This document shows positions 17,716 to 22,620 of a stretch of 22,620 nt of DNA, one piece after another. Within the stretch, counting starts at the first letter, position 1. Every line of letters begins with the position of its first letter. The position numbers were made by a program, and so were the translations under genes. The notes beneath the pieces were generated by a model. It saw only the letters and a program-made list of their open reading frames with translations, had not been told where the DNA came from and made no database searches. This DNA is from Cyanobacteria bacterium auto_48_18 (GTDB lineage: Bacteria > Cyanobacteriota > Vampirovibrionia > Obscuribacterales > Obscuribacteraceae), in NCBI GenBank assembly GCA_036170915.1, contig JAVHQC010000014.1, forward strand, positions 1 to 22,620, in the 5' to 3' direction.

Positions 17716-18681
17716 ATGCCACAAGAACCATCGTCAGTTACGCCGAAGATCAAGTTTGACACTCAACAATCAATACCGCTGGGCAGTATTTTGATGGTGT
17801 TTCTCTGCGGGGTCGTTTATGTGACGGCCGCTAGCAATGGTCCAAATCTCGAGCGCTGGTTGGCCAATAACGGTTTGATCGGTGCCCCGGCTGCCAAAAC
17901 GGTAGCTGAAGCCATGACTTACATGAAGATGGGTTTCAGCGGCAATATGGCTGCATTTGCGCCGATTCAGGCTGATATCGGCAAGTTTTTCACTTTCTGC
18001 TTCAACAACACTTTTGCTTCTCTAGACGTTCAACAAGTGGCTGTTAACTGTTTCTTCCTCTGGGCTTTCGGGGCCAGCATGGAACAGCGTCTTGGTTTAC
18101 CTCGTTTTATGCTGCTATGCATACTCGGCGCTACCCTGCCCTGGGCCTTCTGTTATTACGAAGTGGTCAGTCGCGATCCAAATCACTGTTATTACGGTCC
18201 GTTCTTCCTTTTCTGCGTGCTTGTTGGAGCCAGCTTTGTCTTTCCACCAGAAAAGAAAATCAATACCGAGTGGTTTAAGAGCTCTCGTGGCAACATTTTT
18301 GCTAAGAAAGAAGAAATTGATTACACCACCCGCTATCAGTTCAAACCAATGCTTTTCCTGGTGCTCTTCATTTGTTATGAAGTCGGCATTTATTTCTGGG
18401 TGCAACAAACGCATCCACTTTTGAAAAATGCTTCCATTCTTGCTGGCGTAGCCTCTATATTTCTTGGCTATGTGTCGGTGGCGCTAATGGTCTGGTCGGC
18501 CACGGGTAGTTTGAAAGACGGCCCAATTCGATTGATGACCGTGAAGATGTATAACGACATTCTTCGCCTCGACGTAGGGCATGAAACCGCTATTAAAGGA
18601 ACCAGTCTTTCGCTTGGTTTACCGCCAGAGCGCGTTAAAGAGTGGGTCTCAAAACAAAAAGGCAAAATGCGCGTTTCTTAG
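17716..18681 (+). CDS. Rhomboid-fold membrane protein, predicted catalytically inactive
   Basis: Six hydrophobic segments and the rhomboid TM2-TM3 signature NxxxLWxFGxxxExRLGxxRF. The GxSG position reads YGPFF and TM6 has no His. Confidence 0.8.
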   Translation: MPQEPSSVTPKIKFDTQQSIPLGSILMVFLCGVVYVTAASNGPNLERWLANNGLIGAPAAKTVAEAMTYMKMGFSGNMAAFAPIQADIGKFFTFCFNNTFASLDVQQVAVNCFFLWAFGASMEQRLGLPRFMLLCILGATLPWAFCYYEVVSRDPNHCYYGPFFLFCVLVGASFVFPPEKKINTEWFKSSRGNIFAKKEEIDYTTRYQFKPMLFLVLFICYEVGIYFWVQQTHPLLKNASILAGVASIFLGYVSVALMVWSATGSLKDGPIRLMTVKMYNDILRLDVGHETAIKGTSLSLGLPPERVKEWVSKQKGKMRVS

Positions 18682-18726
18682 CGCCGGTTAACCTGAACTT
18701 GACCTAAGCAACCTACCTCATGACTA

Positions 18727-20727
18727 GTGCTACTATTCCATTCTATTTCGCGTACGCACAAGTGGAAAGAAGCATTGAGCCAAGATCGTTCCCCAGTCAC
18801 AGACGTTAACACTGCTGCCAGCGAGCGCAGCGCCGTTTATGGTCCGGTGATTCCCTGGATGCGTGTGGTTCAGGTTGTTCTCGACTCCATCATGCTCTCG
18901 CTATCTCTGGCTGGCGCCTACCTGATTCGCTTTGACGGCCATATCGGCTCTCTATACGGCACACAATTTTTCAAAGTGCTGCCGGTTTTCATAGTTGCTC
19001 GTGTACTGTCCAACTGGTTCTATGGCGTTTATCGCCGCCTCTGGCGCTACACCGGTTTAACTGAAGTCAGTGAACTTGGTGTTTCTGTAATTTCGGTAAG
19101 CGCTTTGCTGCTGATATTGCGTGCTTTCAATTCAGATTTGCTGCGAGTGGAAGGGCAACTTCTGTCCTACAGTATCTTAGTGATTGATTGTGGCCTCTGC
19201 TTCTTCCTCTTTACCGCCTGCCGCGTACTCAGGCGTTTGCAAACCGAGCATTCGCAGCGCAAACACTGGAGACAACCAGTGCGCCGTCGCGCTCTAGTTA
19301 TCGGAGCCGGAGACGCCGGTACCATGGTCTTGAAAGAGCTTAATCAACGCTCTGACCTGGGAGTGGATGTTGTCGGTTTGATTGACGACGACCCCACTAA
19401 GCTGCGCAAGCGCATCGGCAATATCACCGTATTTGGTACCACCGCTCAATTACCCTCTTTAATTGAAAACCTTTGCATCGACCAGGTCATCATTGCTATG
19501 CCCTCAGCCCCTGCCGCTGAAATACGCAAAATTGTTGAAGTCTGCCGCAATGCCGAAGTTGAAACTCGCATTCTTCCTGGCCTCTTCGAACTAATTAATG
19601 GTCATGTCAGCATTAATCAATTGCGCGAAGTTTCGCTCGAAGATTTACTGGGCCGTGATCCTGTCGAACTCGATAGTGCATCCATTGCCAGCTATATTGA
19701 AGACCGTGTGGTACTGGTCACCGGCGCTGGGGGTTCAATTGGTAGTGAACTCTGTCGTCAGATTGTGCGTTTTCAGCCCCGTCGCCTGATTATTCTAGGC
19801 AAGGGCGAAAATTCGATTTTTTCTATTCAACAAGAACTCGGTCGTCTGCCTGAGCCGGTTGAAATTATTCCTGTGATTGCCGATGTGCGCGATCGCAAAC
19901 GCCTCGATCACGTATTTCTCAAACATAAACCCACTGTGGTTTTCCACGCTGCGGCGCACAAACATGTGCCTTTAATGGAACTCAATGTTTTCGAAGCTAT
20001 CGCCAACAATATTTTTGGCACCAGGGTCGTGGCCGAGCTTTCTCACGAGCATAAGGTAGACAATTTTGTACTGGTGTCCAGCGACAAAGCGGTTAATCCA
20101 ACTTCAGTCATGGGCGCCACTAAGCGGCTGGCAGAGCTGATTGTGCAAGATCTGGCACAACACTCAACCACCAAGTATGTGGCGGTGCGATTCGGCAATG
20201 TTTTGGCCAGTCGCGGATCTGTGATACCACTGTGGCGCGAACAAATTGCCGCCGGCGGACCTGTTACTGTTACCCACCCTGAAGCGACTCGTTACTTCAT
20301 GCTCATTCCAGAGGCTGTGCAACTGATCCTGCAAGCTGGTGCGTATGGTTCTGGCGGTGAAATATTTGTACTCGACATGGGCAAACCAGTTAAAATTCTC
20401 GACCTCGCTACCGACTTAATTCGCTTCTCCGGATTGCGGCCAGGCCAGGACATCAAAATTGAATTTGTCGGTTTGCGCTCAGGCGAAAAATTGTATGAAG
20501 AGTTGCTCTCAGCTGAAGAAGGTCTGGCTAAGACCGTTAACCAGAAGATCTTTGTGGGCCGGCCTCAACCTCTTCCTCATGATGCCTTAAAGCTGACACT
20601 AGCTAACCTGCAAGGTCATGTTGAGAGTGTTGACGAAGCAGCTATTCGCAACGAACTTGACCGCATTGCCAGTGGCACCACTAGCCTCGCCAACATACCG
20701 GCCGTCAGTCAAGTAAATCAAAAATAG
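18727..20727 (+). CDS. Membrane nucleoside-diphosphate sugar epimerase/dehydratase (PglF/CapD/WbpM family); start uncertain (TTG 18775 plausible)
   Basis: Four N-terminal TMs, IGAGDAG, DDDP, TGAGGSIG, HAAAHKHVP, DKAVNPTSVMGATK, RFGNV, GEKLYEEL. Confidence 0.95.
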   Translation: MLLFHSISRTHKWKEALSQDRSPVTDVNTAASERSAVYGPVIPWMRVVQVVLDSIMLSLSLAGAYLIRFDGHIGSLYGTQFFKVLPVFIVARVLSNWFYGVYRRLWRYTGLTEVSELGVSVISVSALLLILRAFNSDLLRVEGQLLSYSILVIDCGLCFFLFTACRVLRRLQTEHSQRKHWRQPVRRRALVIGAGDAGTMVLKELNQRSDLGVDVVGLIDDDPTKLRKRIGNITVFGTTAQLPSLIENLCIDQVIIAMPSAPAAEIRKIVEVCRNAEVETRILPGLFELINGHVSINQLREVSLEDLLGRDPVELDSASIASYIEDRVVLVTGAGGSIGSELCRQIVRFQPRRLIILGKGENSIFSIQQELGRLPEPVEIIPVIADVRDRKRLDHVFLKHKPTVVFHAAAHKHVPLMELNVFEAIANNIFGTRVVAELSHEHKVDNFVLVSSDKAVNPTSVMGATKRLAELIVQDLAQHSTTKYVAVRFGNVLASRGSVIPLWREQIAAGGPVTVTHPEATRYFMLIPEAVQLILQAGAYGSGGEIFVLDMGKPVKILDLATDLIRFSGLRPGQDIKIEFVGLRSGEKLYEELLSAEEGLAKTVNQKIFVGRPQPLPHDALKLTLANLQGHVESVDEAAIRNELDRIASGTTSLANIPAVSQVNQK

Positions 20728-20748
20728 AAAAGTAAAAAAGTAGAAAAG
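20725..20748 (+). repeat. Three 8-bp tandem repeats covering the stop codon and the whole intergenic region
   Basis: TAGAAAAG-TAAAAAAG-TAGAAAAG-ATG. Confidence 0.8.
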
Positions 20749-21663
20749 ATGAATAGTGCCATGCCGTCTGAGCCTCTTACCCTCGCATTGGCGGAAAAAG
20801 AAGCAAAATTACTCAAGTCTCTGGCTAGTTTTGATAGTTTGATCGTGGCATATTCGGGTGGCGTGGACAGCTCTACTCTGGCTCACTATGCCAGACTTGC
20901 TCTCGGTGAGCGGGCGCGCATCGTCATTGCTATTTCGCCCAGCCTGGCAGCCTCTGAGCTGGCAGATGCACGCAAACAAGCCGCGCAGGCCAATTTTGAT
21001 TTGATTGAAATTTATACTGATGAAGTCGATTCGAACGACTACCGAGCTAACGATAGTATGCGATGTTTTTTTTGCAAAAGCACTTTGTTTGCAGTGCTCG
21101 AGACTATGCGAAACAATAATGGTATAGCTGCCATCGCCTATGGTGCCAATCTGGATGATTTAAATGATTATCGCCCTGGTCATCAGGCCGCCAAACAATA
21201 TGGTGTAATTGCGCCACTGATTGACGCCGGATTGAGTAAAGCCGATATCAGGATGCTCGCCCGTAAAGAGGGTTTGCCTTCTGCAGACAGGCCTCAGGCC
21301 GCTTGCTTGTCTTCAAGATTTGCCGAGCACACGTATATCACTCCCGAGCGGCTCGCTCTGATTGATATGCTCGAGCAAGTGGTGCGCTCATTCGATTTCA
21401 ATCAGGTGCGGGTGCGTTATCTCGCTCTTGGTGACGATATTAAACTGTCGGTAGAAGTTGGCGCAGACCAGGTCGATCGCTTTAAAAACGAAGCAGAGTT
21501 AGAGACGAAGCTATTGGCTGCACTTTTTACTCGGGCTCAGACGGCTCAAGCGAAAATTAGTGCTATACAGATTGACCAAGACGGTTACGAGCAGGGCAAA
21601 GCGGCCCTGTTGACGGCCACTGCCACAGCGGTGACAATATCTGCCAGCGACAAAAACACATAG
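20749..21663 (+). CDS. larE: ATP-dependent sulfur transferase of nickel-pincer (NPN) cofactor biosynthesis
   Basis: PP-loop SGGVDS, RCFFCK, GANLDD-DYRPG, ACLSSR, QVRVR; adjacent to larB. Confidence 0.92.
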   Translation: MNSAMPSEPLTLALAEKEAKLLKSLASFDSLIVAYSGGVDSSTLAHYARLALGERARIVIAISPSLAASELADARKQAAQANFDLIEIYTDEVDSNDYRANDSMRCFFCKSTLFAVLETMRNNNGIAAIAYGANLDDLNDYRPGHQAAKQYGVIAPLIDAGLSKADIRMLARKEGLPSADRPQAACLSSRFAEHTYITPERLALIDMLEQVVRSFDFNQVRVRYLALGDDIKLSVEVGADQVDRFKNEAELETKLLAALFTRAQTAQAKISAIQIDQDGYEQGKAALLTATATAVTISASDKNT

Positions 21664-21697
21664 ATCAAATCAGACTGAGATCAGGTAGGTTCAAGAA

Positions 21698-22483
21698 ATG
21701 GAGCGAAAATCTATAGAAGATCTCCTCACCTTGGTGGCTCAAGGTCAGACTTCTATAGCTGATGCCTGCGAACGGCTGGCTATTTTGCCTTATCAGGATC
21801 TTGGTTTTGCCAAAATCGATTCGCATCGCGCCCTGAGGCAAGGATATCCGGAAGTAATTTTTTGTCCAGGCAAAACTCCAGAGCAAATTGTAGAGATTGC
21901 GCGCAAGTTGCGAGGGCTGCATCCGGCGGTGATTGCGACCAGGGCCGAGCCTGCTCAGGCGGCTGCGGTATTAAACTTGTGGCGTACTGAAAAAAATGCC
22001 GATATTGGCGACTGTGAGTATTTAGAACAGCCCAAATCTATTGTTTTTGGGCAGCTGCCGCCGCAGAAGAAAAACGCCCCGTCTGTAGCAATCATTACAG
22101 CAGGCACCGCTGACATTGGTGTGGCTGAAGAGGCGGCACTAATGATAGTGGCAGCAGGTTATCCTGTCAGCTGTGTCTATGATGTGGGAGTGGCAGGCGT
22201 ACAAAGGCTATTTGATAGCCTGGAGCTTCTGCGCCAGTCGCATGTCACTATTGTGGTGGCCGGAATGGACGGGGCTCTGGCGAGCTTTGTCGGCGGTTTA
22301 TTGGAGAAGCCTGTGATTGCTGTGCCGACATCTATAGGCTACGGCAGTAGCTTTGGTGGCGTGGCCGCCCTACTGAGTATGCTTAATAGTTGTGCCGCTG
22401 GCCTGACCGTAGTCAATATCGACAATGGATTTGGCGCAGCCATGGCGGCTCTGCGAATTTTGGCCAGTAATAAATCAGAGTAG
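21698..22483 (+). CDS. larB: NPN cofactor biosynthesis carboxylase/hydrolase (PurE-like; CpmA family)
   Basis: DxHRxLRxGYPEVIFCPGKT, AGTAD, DVGVAG, AGMDGAL, VPTSIGYG, NSCAAG, NIDNGFGA. Confidence 0.95.
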   Translation: MERKSIEDLLTLVAQGQTSIADACERLAILPYQDLGFAKIDSHRALRQGYPEVIFCPGKTPEQIVEIARKLRGLHPAVIATRAEPAQAAAVLNLWRTEKNADIGDCEYLEQPKSIVFGQLPPQKKNAPSVAIITAGTADIGVAEEAALMIVAAGYPVSCVYDVGVAGVQRLFDSLELLRQSHVTIVVAGMDGALASFVGGLLEKPVIAVPTSIGYGSSFGGVAALLSMLNSCAAGLTVVNIDNGFGAAMAALRILASNKSE

Positions 22484-22620
22484 AGTCTTAGAGCGTCTGC
22501 TGTCAGGATTGTCTGTATCTTTTTGCGCGCGCCTAAGAAATTTTACAACTCATGGGTTGTTAGCTGGTACAACCTTGTATCTTGAGTTCTTGACTGCAAT
22601 TTGCGGTTGAGCAAGACTGT

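Noticed and set aside
22484..22620. ORF 22425-22610 or the 3' end of an incoming minus-strand gene
   Set aside because: There are no recognisable motifs and several frames are open at the window edge, so it cannot be called.

Overview
A bacterial chromosomal window. It is most likely from a non-photosynthetic member of Cyanobacteriota (Vampirovibrionia/Melainabacteria, Obscuribacterales-like). This is an inference from cyanobacterial-type 23S signatures and the typical kinase-LRR, TPR, PDZ-vWA and LysM gene content. The window opens with the 3' ~1 kb of 23S rRNA, 5S rRNA and two tandem terminators. An accessory block follows (1.4-13.1 kb): a membrane Ser/Thr kinase with LRRs, an esterase, an Asn-repeat protein paired with a LysM protein, a GT2, a TPR/anthrax-LF-like pseudo-peptidase, TPR, PDZ-vWA and TPR genes, and an exported thioredoxin. 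The housekeeping block holds 2H-phosphoesterase/tyrS divergent from leuS, a rhomboid-fold protein, a PglF/CapD-type dehydratase, larE and larB. The most notable observations are four. (1) A rhomboid pseudoprotease has the iRhom-like 'GPx' motif in place of GxSG and a C-terminal HTH-like tail. (2) A protein has a strict Asn-every-second-residue repeat ladder and sits in an operon with a LysM/beta-helix protein. (3) An ATLF-like domain has lost its HExxH motif. (4) The 23S helix 74 carries a eukaryote-type U2069-A2442 pair. No mobile element, tRNA or CRISPR array was seen.
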